NCBI GenBank assembly: GCA_963727825.1
Contig: CAVSHO010000009.1
Location: forward strand, 576,001 to 640,000
DNA length: 64,000 nt
Source of the DNA: Ignavibacteriota bacterium
Lineage (GTDB): Bacteria > Bacteroidota > Ignavibacteria > UBA10030
Direction of reading: 5' to 3'
In this document: positions 30,120 through 40,002 of the stretch, in pieces
Layout of the letters: every line of letters starts with the position of its first letter
Position numbering within the stretch: position 1 is the stretch's first letter
Program-made: the position numbers and the translations under genes
The notes under the pieces: generated by a model
The model's database searches: none
Told to the model about the DNA's origin: nothing
The model's input: only the letters and a program-made list of their open reading frames with translations

Positions 30120-31277
30120 ATGAGCACAAATATATTGCCGACACAATATGCGCCAGCCGAGCGGGCAAGCACAGAATATCTAGAGCGTCAGATTGAATAT
30201 TTTAGAAGCATTCCTTTGCAATGCGAGGTACTAAATGCTGTGCCGGGTATAGTAGTTATTCTAAATGGAAACCGGCAAATTGTCTTCGCAAATCGCGCGC
30301 TAATCAATTTTGTAGAATCGCTAAAAGACGGTTCTCCTCTTGGAAAACGGCCGGGTGAAGTGTTGCATTGTACGCATGCATTAGAGAGCGAGGGGGGATG
30401 TGGTACAACGGAATTCTGTCGTAATTGTGGTGCAGTACGAGCCATTCTTGCAAGTCAGAAAGGTAATGCCAACGTGAGGGAATGTTTGATTTCGCGCGTT
30501 GGCGATTTAAATCCACTTGAACTAAGCGTCTCGGCAACGCCAATTACACTAAGTGAGGAAATGTACACTATCTTTGCAGTCACGGATATCAGCCACGAAA
30601 AACGTCGTCGTGCACTGGAGCGTATTTTCTTCCACGATGTAATGAATACTGCAGGCGGATTAAACTTGTATCTGGAAATGTTTGAAAAAGTAAATCCACA
30701 GGAACATGAAGAGTTCAAAAGTACAATGGGAGTTTTAACACGTCAGCTTATCGATGAGATCAAAGCACAACGAGATCTTGCTGCCGCGGAAAATAATGAA
30801 ATGAAAGTGACGCCAACATTGATTAATTCGTTAAATTTTATACAAAAGCAGTGCGAGATTTATCGAGATCTCACCCTTGTAGAAAATCTAACAATTCGAA
30901 TCGATTCAAATGCTGCGCGAGTTACACTCACATCCGATGCCACGATACTAGGGCGTGTATTGGGAAACATGATCAAAAACGCGCTCGAAGCATCTTTAAC
31001 AGATAATACAGTTACAGTTGGGTGTAATCAACAAACGGGCCAGGTGGCGTTTTGGGTTCACAACTCGACATTTATTCCGCGCGATGTACAACTGCAAATG
31101 TTCCAGCGATCATTTTCCACAAAAGGTTTGGACCGCGGACTTGGTACTTATAGTATGAAATTATTAGGTGAACAGTATCTGCATGGAAAAGTTGAATTTA
31201 CCACATCACGAGAAGAAGGAACAACATTTCGATTGATAATACCGATTGAATTTAATGTTGATAAGAACGCCGCATAG
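30120..31277 (+). CDS. Cytoplasmic PAS sensor histidine kinase
   Basis: Cys-rich PAS, FFHDVMN H-box, NMIKNALEA, FSTKG..RGLG motifs. Confidence 0.9.
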   Translation: MSTNILPTQYAPAERASTEYLERQIEYFRSIPLQCEVLNAVPGIVVILNGNRQIVFANRALINFVESLKDGSPLGKRPGEVLHCTHALESEGGCGTTEFCRNCGAVRAILASQKGNANVRECLISRVGDLNPLELSVSATPITLSEEMYTIFAVTDISHEKRRRALERIFFHDVMNTAGGLNLYLEMFEKVNPQEHEEFKSTMGVLTRQLIDEIKAQRDLAAAENNEMKVTPTLINSLNFIQKQCEIYRDLTLVENLTIRIDSNAARVTLTSDATILGRVLGNMIKNALEASLTDNTVTVGCNQQTGQVAFWVHNSTFIPRDVQLQMFQRSFSTKGLDRGLGTYSMKLLGEQYLHGKVEFTTSREEGTTFRLIIPIEFNVDKNAA

Positions 31278-31287
31278 AGATTTACTT

Positions 31288-33606
31288 TTATAATGCTTGT
31301 CTGCTAAGAAACAAAGCTGCAATTACAACAGGCACGAGCAATAGAGATAGAAATAATGTCAGTTCTTGAATCCCTAACACCGGCAACAACATAGAACATG
31401 TTGTTAGCGCGCCGATAGATGAGCCAAACACATCAAATGCGTAAATACTTCCAACGTTTGATGAACCGTGAAGATAAAATCGATTCACTAGTCCGAAAAT
31501 AATTCCAATCATTCCACCGCTAAAGATCGTGACAATAAGTGTGATAGGAATAAAATGTGCAAGCAATAAAAAGTCCAGTAGCTTTGGCAAGAGAAGCACA
31601 ACGCCGAAAAGTGTTATCAACATCGCGAGCAAGAGAGTCTCTTGTTTATATTTCTTGATAAGCCATGAAGCAGCCAACGTGCCCAATGCTAAACCAAGCA
31701 TGTTTGCAGCGATCATAGCACCGACCATTTCATAGATCGAACCGAATGCCTCCTGAAAGTTTAACAAGAAAAGAAGATTCAGCGCCATGCCGGTCATTCC
31801 ACAGATAGCTATAATTGCGGCGAGCTTGGTTTGTTTTTGTTTCTCTGATCGTCCCCGATGTAAAAATATAAGCAATAACATTATTATAGAACCAATACCG
31901 CCCACAACGAAAATCCAAAAGCGCGTAATGTATGAAAAGAACTGATTATCACCTTGCAGGAATCGATTCCAAAGCAATAGATCAAAATAATATGTCACTG
32001 GATTGTTGTCGGTGTTAATTCGAACATTCCTTGCGGTTTCTAAAGTATTTGTAATAAACTTGATTCGATCTGGCGGCATCAATTCTTCAAACATATATTT
32101 GGAAAAGTATTCAGCAGAAATTCCAGCGGCAACATAGCGTTGAGCAAGAGAATCCAATCGTGATACTAACGGTCTGGCGCTTGTTGTTCCGATAATTACT
32201 GCATGCGTCCCCGGAACAATCAACGTATTAGTAAAGACGCGTCTAAGTGTTTGGTAGATAGAAGCATTCAGGTCTTTTAATTCGTCCGCTAGATATTCAG
32301 TGGATGATGGAAATGAAAAGGCGAAAATACCCTTATCATTTAGAGATTGAAAACATTGCTGAAAGAATTCCACTGTATAAAATCGGTTCAAGCTTGCCGT
32401 TGATGGTTCACCAACATTCATTAAAATAACATCGAAGGAAGGCATTTTACTATGCAATAACTCTCGTCCATCCATATTTACAATATGTACTCGAGAATCG
32501 TGCAACGCTTGCCGATCTTGAATATTCACAACTGGTTCGACGAACGGAAGAAGAGCAGGATCGATTTCGACATATTCTACTTCTTGAACTGGATACTTTA
32601 AGAGCTCCCTTAACACACCGTTGAATCCTCCTCCCAAAACAAGCACACGTTTCGCATCGGAATAGTGAACCATTATTGAATGAGTGAATAATTCAGCATC
32701 GTATTTGTCGGGGATATTATAAATTGGTCGACCATCTGCGTAAAGCGTATGTTGATTTTCAAGGCGCATTAGCGAGAGATTCTGATATTTCGTATCTATA
32801 GAACTGACGAATATCAGCTTATTGTTGATGAAAGACCACTGATATGAAGTAATCTTATATTCGAGCGAACGAATGGGCTGGAGTAAAACTGCAAACAAGA
32901 TGACCATCCCGGCTAAGAAAAGTACCGCTAACCATTTTTTATCGGAAGACAAAATCCAAAACACCACACCCCAGGCAATTATAAAAATGAGAAAGACAAT
33001 CTGCAGCGTTGAAAACAGTAATGTAAAAAGGAATGAAAACAATAATCCACCGACAACGCTTCCGAGCGATTCAAGCATATATGCTTTGTTCGCGCCAAAC
33101 CAGAGTTTATTCCTTTCTGAAGTCAATGATTTCGCTCCAAGCGTGAAGAGCATTCCCCATAAAAAACAACCGATGCTAAGAACAACAAATGAGAATCCAA
33201 GTAAGTCGAGCATTGAGAGAAATTCACCAGTAGTTGTGTGGAGAAATGAACGAACAAATTTCACCGCGAGAATTTGCACAAGCGTTACAAGAGGCGTTAT
33301 AACAATAATTGCAAGAAAGAGGCTAGACACATTTTGATTATGCTTGACAACAATATTTCCGAATGCACTTCCGAGCCCAATCCACACTAACCAGCAAGCG
33401 AAAATGATCCCAATACTCAATTCGTTGCCATAGAAGCTAACAAGAAATTCCCGAACAAGAAGAATCTGCGAAAGAATTGAACCGAAACCAATGTAAAGAA
33501 GCGGTATCTGTTTTGTATATGAATAATTTGAATCTGTTTTAGAAATAGAAAGCCCAATGAGCGGATTGCTCACGGGCTTTCGGTTCATTTCGCCAAATGA
33601 TGTCAT
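31288..33606 (-). CDS. Multi-TM membrane protein with central spermidine synthase-like SAM-binding domain
   Basis: N- and C-terminal TM bundles (QILLVRE..FYGNE; IYAFDVFGS) around VLVLGGG, VEID, DGR and TDNNP motifs. Start uncertain. Confidence 0.85.
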   Translation of the reverse strand: MTSFGEMNRKPVSNPLIGLSISKTDSNYSYTKQIPLLYIGFGSILSQILLVREFLVSFYGNELSIGIIFACWLVWIGLGSAFGNIVVKHNQNVSSLFLAIIVITPLVTLVQILAVKFVRSFLHTTTGEFLSMLDLLGFSFVVLSIGCFLWGMLFTLGAKSLTSERNKLWFGANKAYMLESLGSVVGGLLFSFLFTLLFSTLQIVFLIFIIAWGVVFWILSSDKKWLAVLFLAGMVILFAVLLQPIRSLEYKITSYQWSFINNKLIFVSSIDTKYQNLSLMRLENQHTLYADGRPIYNIPDKYDAELFTHSIMVHYSDAKRVLVLGGGFNGVLRELLKYPVQEVEYVEIDPALLPFVEPVVNIQDRQALHDSRVHIVNMDGRELLHSKMPSFDVILMNVGEPSTASLNRFYTVEFFQQCFQSLNDKGIFAFSFPSSTEYLADELKDLNASIYQTLRRVFTNTLIVPGTHAVIIGTTSARPLVSRLDSLAQRYVAAGISAEYFSKYMFEELMPPDRIKFITNTLETARNVRINTDNNPVTYYFDLLLWNRFLQGDNQFFSYITRFWIFVVGGIGSIIMLLLIFLHRGRSEKQKQTKLAAIIAICGMTGMALNLLFLLNFQEAFGSIYEMVGAMIAANMLGLALGTLAASWLIKKYKQETLLLAMLITLFGVVLLLPKLLDFLLLAHFIPITLIVTIFSGGMIGIIFGLVNRFYLHGSSNVGSIYAFDVFGSSIGALTTCSMLLPVLGIQELTLFLSLLLVPVVIAALFLSRQAL

Positions 33607-33651
33607 TTCTACTTTTTATACACTGGCATACACCATAATAAGAAAACTTAA

Positions 33652-34809
33652 TTAACTCCAGATACCGGGGATTTTTTCTCCGCAGAATTTGCACTTCCCT
33701 TTTACAATATGATTGGCAAGGATGGTGAACACTTGCCGTTCAACGATAATTTTCTTACACTTTGGGCAATAAGTGTTTTCTGCCCAATGGCCACCGACAT
33801 TTCCAAGATAAACATATTTGATTCCTGCTTCTTTTGCGATTGCATGTGCCTTTTCTAATGTAACTGTTGGAGTTGATGGAAGCTGACTGAGTTTGTAAAG
33901 CGGGGTGAAACGGCTAAAATGCAAAGGCGTATCGGACAAACCGTTAGTACACAGCCACTCGCACATCCGTTTGATAGTGTCTAAGTTGTCGGTCCATGTC
34001 GGAATGACAAGGTTTGTAATCTCTAACCAAACACCTTCTTCATGAAAAATTTTTAGTGTTCTGAGTACCGGGGCAAGTTTTCCGGCACTTAGCTTTGTGT
34101 ATATTGCATCATCGAAAACTTTCAAATCTATGTTTGCCGCGTTCATCACTTTGCATAATTGACGAAGAGGTTTTTCGTTGATGTACCCAGCGGATTTCCA
34201 AACGTTGTTAATTTTCTGCTCATGCGCCAATTTTGCGGTATCATATGCGTACTCGTAAAACGTTACCGGCTCAGAATAAGTGTAAGCAATGGATTCACAG
34301 CCTGCATTAACGCATGCCTTAACAACTTCTTCCGGCATTAAATCGACGTTGTCGGATTCTTTTGGACTGACTTGTGAGATTTGCCAGTTCTGGCAATTGA
34401 GGCACCGAAAGTTGCATCCTGCGGCAGCAATGGAGAAGGCATGCGTGGTAGGAAGGAAATGGAAAAAGGGCTTTTTCTCAATCGGGTCAATATGCACCGC
34501 ACATGGATTTCCATACGCGATGGAATACATTTTTCCATCACTTGCAACACGATTGCGGCAAAAACCAACATCTCCGTTGTTCAGCAACAAGCAACCTTGC
34601 GGACATTTTTCACACTGTAGCCCATAGGCGGTCTTTGTATAGAAGAGCGCTTCCTTGCTGAACTTTCCTAAATCGTTGTTTGATGGAAGTGAAAACCAAT
34701 TTGGTCTGTACGCGCCAATGGCAAGTCCGCCAGCACAAAAAGCGCACTGGCGAAGAAATTCGCGCTTGGTAACAGCGCGTGATTGTCTGAATTCGGTTTT
34801 GATATCCAC
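33652..34809 (-). CDS. AmmeMemoRadiSam system radical SAM enzyme with Tat-like leader
   Basis: DPIEKKP, GCNFRCLNCQNWQISQ, AYTYSEP, HFSRF and YVYLGN motifs; N-terminal TKREFL followed by a hydrophobic stretch. Confidence 0.92.
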   Translation of the reverse strand: MDIKTEFRQSRAVTKREFLRQCAFCAGGLAIGAYRPNWFSLPSNNDLGKFSKEALFYTKTAYGLQCEKCPQGCLLLNNGDVGFCRNRVASDGKMYSIAYGNPCAVHIDPIEKKPFFHFLPTTHAFSIAAAGCNFRCLNCQNWQISQVSPKESDNVDLMPEEVVKACVNAGCESIAYTYSEPVTFYEYAYDTAKLAHEQKINNVWKSAGYINEKPLRQLCKVMNAANIDLKVFDDAIYTKLSAGKLAPVLRTLKIFHEEGVWLEITNLVIPTWTDNLDTIKRMCEWLCTNGLSDTPLHFSRFTPLYKLSQLPSTPTVTLEKAHAIAKEAGIKYVYLGNVGGHWAENTYCPKCKKIIVERQVFTILANHIVKGKCKFCGEKIPGIWS

Positions 34810-34847
34810 AACAAAATTCTATATAAAATTGATTAATAACTATCCAC

Positions 34848-36350
34848 TTACTTTTTCTCTTCTCCGAACACCAAAGCTTCATACACAAATAACTCCGCAT
34901 CCTTCCAGCCATCCCAGCTAATGCCTGCTTTATCCTGAGCGCAGTGGCCCAGGAATTCTTCTTTTGTCCAACCGGTTTCTGCAGCCACCTGCGGCAGGAA
35001 TGTTCCAGAGCGGTATCCTTTTCGAATGTAAATACCATGCTTGCCAAGTTCTATTTCATCTACCGAGCTAATTCGCCGCATCGGCGTTAGCACGGAAATT
35101 TCTATTTCAAGTTCTGGAATTTCGCTAGATTCAACTGGTAAGAAGCGAGAATCCTGTGTTGACGATGCAATTGCCATTTCCTGCACAACTTTGTAAAGCG
35201 GCTCGCTCGCATCGAATCTCCCAATGCATCCGCGTAAGTTGCCGTTCTTTTTCAGAGTGACAAACGCACCGCAGTTTGTTTTCAATATCGGTGACAGATT
35301 CTTTTCATCTATTTCAGGCCTTGTATTATTCTTTACATAATGCTCAATTGTATTACGCGCAATTGCAAGCAGATTCTTTTTGTCTTTATCAGTAAGCTTG
35401 AATTCCGATCGTCCCTTCTTCTCTTTCAATGAGACAGTGATTGCGTTGTAGCCAACAACTCGGTTTTTATCTCCATATTCCGAATCACCGGAATTTTTAT
35501 ATTGAATATGAGTAAATGCAACATCTGCATTTCCTTCCGTCATGTAAAGTAATGTCAACACACTTGTCCAACCGCAAAGGCAGGTAGCAAGATTGGAAAT
35601 ACCTTTCTGCTCATAATTCACCATCGAGCGTATAAGATTCTCGGGTGAGTTAGTAAGAATCGCATCGGCAGTCGCTTTGTCTACGTTCTTTGCATCTGAG
35701 TAGGATGGATAGTGCGAAAAGTCTGTGCTGATGACAAAGAGATTTTTCGTGTTTAAATATGGATGCAATGCCTCGGCAATACGCCGGCAGGTTTCCGGAG
35801 ACTGAGTTCCAAGAATAATTGGAACAATTCTAAAATCCTTCTTCATTCGATATTGAAGAAAAGGAAGCTGCACTTCCAGACTGTGCTCGCGCGCATGTGC
35901 ATCCGTTCGATTGGAGAAAACACTGTTATTCTTGATAAGTTGATCGGCAAGCTTTGTGTTGACCTTCACCGTGCCCAGCGGCGTTATAAAATTGCCCTGT
36001 GAGTAAATCGATGCACCTTCAAAAGCAACATAGTGACTTGAACCAAGAATGAAGATGTTCTCATATTCTTTTGTCGGATCAATCTGGTTAAATGACGAAG
36101 CTGCCACTTCGCCGGAAAAAACATATCCCGCATGTGGAGAGATGATAGCAATAATGTTTTGAATATCTTTAGATGGGACAGCATTTGTGAAGAGCTGCTT
36201 CAATGTTACATTGAGTGTGTCCTGCCCAGCGGGATAGAACGAACCTGCAACTGCAGGCTGCCTGTCGATATTATTTTCTTGTGATTGGCAATCGGCACAC
36301 AAAAGCAGGAGGCAAGAAGCAATGACCGTAAGAGTCTTAGTTCTGTGCAT
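34848..36350 (-). CDS. AmmeMemoRadiSam protein B (Memo) - protein A (AMMECR1) fusion with signal peptide
   Basis: RQPAVAGSFYP, PHAGY, EHSLEVQLPF and STDFSHY (Memo); GAFVTL..LRGCIG, GTFLPQV and KAG (AMMECR1). Confidence 0.92.
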   Translation of the reverse strand: MHRTKTLTVIASCLLLLCADCQSQENNIDRQPAVAGSFYPAGQDTLNVTLKQLFTNAVPSKDIQNIIAIISPHAGYVFSGEVAASSFNQIDPTKEYENIFILGSSHYVAFEGASIYSQGNFITPLGTVKVNTKLADQLIKNNSVFSNRTDAHAREHSLEVQLPFLQYRMKKDFRIVPIILGTQSPETCRRIAEALHPYLNTKNLFVISTDFSHYPSYSDAKNVDKATADAILTNSPENLIRSMVNYEQKGISNLATCLCGWTSVLTLLYMTEGNADVAFTHIQYKNSGDSEYGDKNRVVGYNAITVSLKEKKGRSEFKLTDKDKKNLLAIARNTIEHYVKNNTRPEIDEKNLSPILKTNCGAFVTLKKNGNLRGCIGRFDASEPLYKVVQEMAIASSTQDSRFLPVESSEIPELEIEISVLTPMRRISSVDEIELGKHGIYIRKGYRSGTFLPQVAAETGWTKEEFLGHCAQDKAGISWDGWKDAELFVYEALVFGEEKK

Positions 36351-36377
36351 AAGATGAGTCCTACATTATTCGGTAGA

Positions 36378-36406
36378 AACTTAACGAGAAGAATGAAGAG
36401 TTGCAA
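36378..36406 (-). promoter_or_regulatory. Putative sigma70 promoter of the AmmeMemoRadiSam operon
   Basis: Minus strand TTGCAA-17 bp-TAAGTT. Confidence 0.4.
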
Positions 36407-36478
36407 GTTGAGTCTATTGACCGACAGAGATATATTTATATCATAGAAATTATTCCGTAATCTATTTTATTTTTTTTC

Positions 36479-37342
36479 TTATTGAGATACAGATTTAGCT
36501 AATTGAACGGAAAGCCATAATTCCATTCGTTCCGTTTTTTTAGTACCACCAGAATGACCGCCTTGATGTCCGTTACCGTGGGATCTTCTGCCGCCGCCAA
36601 TGCTGCCTCCTTCTGTAGAATTATCTTCACCCACTTCTTCGTCACGATTATTTCCGCCTTCAATGCGCATGCCGTCTTTTCTTTGTTCTGGCTTGAATTC
36701 ACCTGTTTCGAATTCAATTCCGATACGGTGTGCTGAAACCGGTTCGATGGCAAATGGCTGCTCAGAAGTTTTATTTAATGGTACGCACAATTCATATATT
36801 AATGTCTCGTGTATGCGGCCAAGTTTTACACGAATACCCGGCACTTCCAACAATGAGAACCGTTGAATATTTTCCTTCTTTGGACCAATAATCTCCATTT
36901 CAGGAAACTCTTGGTCAAGAAACGTGTAAAGTTTTTCTTCGTTGGTATCAGGAGAAAATCCGGCATGCATTTCTTGCCGGCTTATTGGATATTTGATGCC
37001 AAATGTCTGATTTTTTCCATCTTCTCTATCAAACCAAACCATCAAACCTTGTCTCATAATTTGCATTTGGGTGGATCGATTTTGGGTTTTCAGAAGAATG
37101 TAGACATATTTATCATCGTTCCGAACGCCATATACCATATCAGATTCTTTATCGTAATATAATCCGCGCTGCCATTGAGAATCGCTCCCGTCAATATTCA
37201 TCTTACCTTGCTGCCAATCGCTGGCAAGTTTAAGCCCGCTACTGCAGCCATTCAGTATAGTCAACAGCGCCGTTATAATTAGTAATAGTAAAAATGTTTT
37301 GCGTAAGCACAGCTTTCGTTTTAACATCGTTGTATTCCTCAT
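36479..37342 (-). CDS. Hypothetical lipoprotein with Gly-rich C-terminal loop
   Basis: Hydrophobic leader with LNG^C lipobox; IDG...W, ND..YVY and YEL.VP motifs. Confidence 0.75.
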   Translation of the reverse strand: MRNTTMLKRKLCLRKTFLLLLIITALLTILNGCSSGLKLASDWQQGKMNIDGSDSQWQRGLYYDKESDMVYGVRNDDKYVYILLKTQNRSTQMQIMRQGLMVWFDREDGKNQTFGIKYPISRQEMHAGFSPDTNEEKLYTFLDQEFPEMEIIGPKKENIQRFSLLEVPGIRVKLGRIHETLIYELCVPLNKTSEQPFAIEPVSAHRIGIEFETGEFKPEQRKDGMRIEGGNNRDEEVGEDNSTEGGSIGGGRRSHGNGHQGGHSGGTKKTERMELWLSVQLAKSVSQ

Positions 37343-37387
37343 TCTTCCCTTTGCCTTTTAATAGTTCCTATGTTTGCAGATAAACTG

Positions 37388-37516
37388 GAAGCCATCTCAA
37401 AAATAGAATATTCTATAAAAAATGTCACCCTGAGCTCGTCGAAGGGTGAATAATCAGGACATAGTCAGTCTTCGACAAGCTCAGACTGACTATGTTATTG
37501 TTTTTGAAATAGGTTC
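37388..37516. mobile_element. MITE-like element with an internal CTGAGC..GTCGAAG/CTTCGAC..GCTCAG palindrome
   Basis: Imperfect terminal inverted repeats GAAGCCATCTCAAAAATA / TGTTTTTGAAATAGGTTC around nested hairpins. Confidence 0.5.
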
Positions 37517-37681
37517 TAATAAATATGACGAACAAAAAATGCCTTGGTTCCCTAAATGAAATAATTTATGCAAGGTTGTTAACAAAAAGAATTGTTTGGT
37601 AAAGTCTGTTTCACTGATTGAGTTCATAGAAAAAGAATACTACATTTTTTCTAGAAACAACACTTAAAAGGAATTAAAATA

Positions 37682-38452
37682 ATGACATCACTCGCTAATA
37701 CTATTGTTTTCATAACTGGTGCCAGCAGCGGCATCGGACGTTCTTGTGCACGAGCATTTGCTGAAGCCGGCGCAGACCTCATTCTCGTCGCACGCCGTAA
37801 AAATCGGTTAAAAAAAATCGCGGATGATTTAAGGAAACAGTTTAACACCGAAATATTTATTAACGAATTAGATGTGCGTGACAATCGTGCTGTAGCGAGG
37901 TTTTATAAACAACTTTCTGCTGAATGGCGGGATATAGATATTCTCATCAACAACGCCGGATTAAGCCGCGGACTAAATAAATTATGTGAGGGAAAATTTG
38001 AAGACTGGGAGGAAATGATCGACACGAATGTTAAGGGGCTGCTCTACGTTAGCCGCACTGTGCTTCCCGGAATGGTAGAACGCAAGAAGGGCACAGTCAT
38101 CAACATCGGTTCCGTTGCCGGACATGATGTCTACCCAGGCGGAAACGTGTACTGTGCAACCAAGCACGCTGTTGACGCGCTTACGAAGGGCATGAGGATG
38201 GATTTAGTTGATACACCAATTCGCGTTTGCACAGTTGATCCGGGATTAGTGGAAACAGAATTCAGCGAAGTGCGCTTCCACGGTGACAAGGAACGCGCGA
38301 AGAAAACATATCAAAACATGATACCTCTAACGCCTGATGATATTGCAGATGCTGTTTTATTCGCAGCTACACGCCCGCCGCATGTACAAATTGCCGAGTT
38401 AATTATCATGCCGACTGCACAGGCTTCGGCAACGCTTGTACATCGCACATAA
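37682..38452 (+). CDS. SDR oxidoreductase (YdfG-like)
   Basis: TGASSGIG, NNAG, YCATK and DPGLVETEFS motifs. Confidence 0.92.
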   Translation: MTSLANTIVFITGASSGIGRSCARAFAEAGADLILVARRKNRLKKIADDLRKQFNTEIFINELDVRDNRAVARFYKQLSAEWRDIDILINNAGLSRGLNKLCEGKFEDWEEMIDTNVKGLLYVSRTVLPGMVERKKGTVINIGSVAGHDVYPGGNVYCATKHAVDALTKGMRMDLVDTPIRVCTVDPGLVETEFSEVRFHGDKERAKKTYQNMIPLTPDDIADAVLFAATRPPHVQIAELIIMPTAQASATLVHRT

Positions 38453-38530
38453 TAACAGGTTAGAAGTAATTCTCAATGCGAAAAGAATTTGAGAGGTTTA
38501 CGGGGAAAATTTTCGGGGATTTTGATGCGT

Positions 38531-39160
38531 TTATTCAATAATCTTATTTTTAAAAGCATATTTAACCAGCTCGATATTTGACCTTGCATTAAGTTTAGTA
38601 AAAATACGCTTACGGTAAGAGTTGACTGTATTCAAAGAAACTTTATACTCTCCGGCAATTTCTTTGGAACTTTTTCCCTCTGCCAGTCTTCGCAACACTT
38701 CATATTCGCGGTCGGTCAAATTGTGATGCTTTGGCTTACTTATTGCTTCATCTATAATATCCGGAAGTTCCTGCTGAACTTCCGGACTGAAATATTTCAT
38801 ACCTCGTGTAACCGTACGTACTGCTTTGATTAATTCTTCCCCCGGTTCGGCTTTTGTTAAGTATCCTGATGCCCCCGCTTGTAATATCCTGCGCGCATAC
38901 TGCGATACGGGAACCATGCTCAAGATCAATACCGGCACCTTGGATTCAATGGTTCTAATCGAGCTAAGAATTTCAAGTCCGCCTTTTCCCGGAAGATTGA
39001 TATCAAGAATAATAATATCCCATTTGTTGTTTTGTATCTGCTCCATTGCGTCTTCGTAATTTCCTGCTCGTGCAAGTTTCGTAATATCGAAATTGTCAGT
39101 TAAAATGTGAATGATTCCTTCACGCGTAAATTCATGATCATCTACAACAAGCGCTCTCAT
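38531..39160 (-). CDS. NarL/LuxR family response regulator
   Basis: VVDDH, LDINLP, GASGYLTK receiver motifs; LTDREYEV...TVNSYRKRIFTKL HTH. Confidence 0.95.
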   Translation of the reverse strand: MRALVVDDHEFTREGIIHILTDNFDITKLARAGNYEDAMEQIQNNKWDIIILDINLPGKGGLEILSSIRTIESKVPVLILSMVPVSQYARRILQAGASGYLTKAEPGEELIKAVRTVTRGMKYFSPEVQQELPDIIDEAISKPKHHNLTDREYEVLRRLAEGKSSKEIAGEYKVSLNTVNSYRKRIFTKLNARSNIELVKYAFKNKIIE

Positions 39161-39162
39161 AG

Positions 39163-40002
39163 TTAATTACTCTCCGCCATTGACACCTTTGCCACATCTG
39201 CTACCACTGATTGATTCCCGTTGTGGATCGGGGCATTTAAAATAATGCATGTGCCTTTCCCGAGATTACTCGTGATTACAATTTTCCCGCCTAATATCCG
39301 GGCGCGTTCCTGCATGCTCATAATTCCTAATGACTCAGGATGAACAATCATTGCCTGATCAATACCTTTACCGTTGTCTGCTATTTCCACCTGGAGATCG
39401 CCGTTGTTTAATCGCATTGTAACTTCAGCGTGTGTAGCTTCTGAATGACGGGCAACATTGGTTAATGCTTCTTGAATTATCCTATAGACACCCGTTGTCA
39501 TCGCATCATTCAGAGATGGAAGCTTATCTGTTTGTTTGAGCCCTACTTCGATTGAAGTCCTTTTTGTGAATTCATGTATATGCCATTCCACCGCCGCTTC
39601 CAAGCCGACAGTATCTAATATTTTGGGCCTCAATCCGGAAGAGATTCTCTGAACAGTTTTCGTCGTTGTATCGACCATAGCCCGTATAGCTTCATACCGT
39701 TCTTTTACAATACTCTTCTTCATTGCAGTATGTTTTCCCAGCCAGAGCAGGTCATACTTGATGCCTGTCAGCGCGCCGCCGAGTTCATCGTGCAGTTCTC
39801 GGGCAATCTGTTTTTGTTCTTCCTCCCGTGCAGCTTGCAGCTTTTCTGAAAATATTTGCATTTGGCGAAGCCGTTCGCGCTGAGCGGCTTCTATTTTACG
39901 ATGGCTCCGTACCATCATCAGCACAAAAAATAAAAACAATCCTAGCATTACAATTGTAACGCTGAAAATTGCTATAAGTATTATGTTTGAGTCTGAGGAC
40001 AC
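39163..40002 (-). CDS. HisKA_3 histidine kinase with a single N-terminal TM and no sensor domain
   Basis: TM at residues ~7-31; IARELHDELGG, QEALTNVARH, DNGKG, LGIMSMQERA and GKGT motifs. Confidence 0.93.
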   Translation of the reverse strand: MSSDSNIILIAIFSVTIVMLGLFLFFVLMMVRSHRKIEAAQRERLRQMQIFSEKLQAAREEEQKQIARELHDELGGALTGIKYDLLWLGKHTAMKKSIVKERYEAIRAMVDTTTKTVQRISSGLRPKILDTVGLEAAVEWHIHEFTKRTSIEVGLKQTDKLPSLNDAMTTGVYRIIQEALTNVARHSEATHAEVTMRLNNGDLQVEIADNGKGIDQAMIVHPESLGIMSMQERARILGGKIVITSNLGKGTCIILNAPIHNGNQSVVADVAKVSMAESN

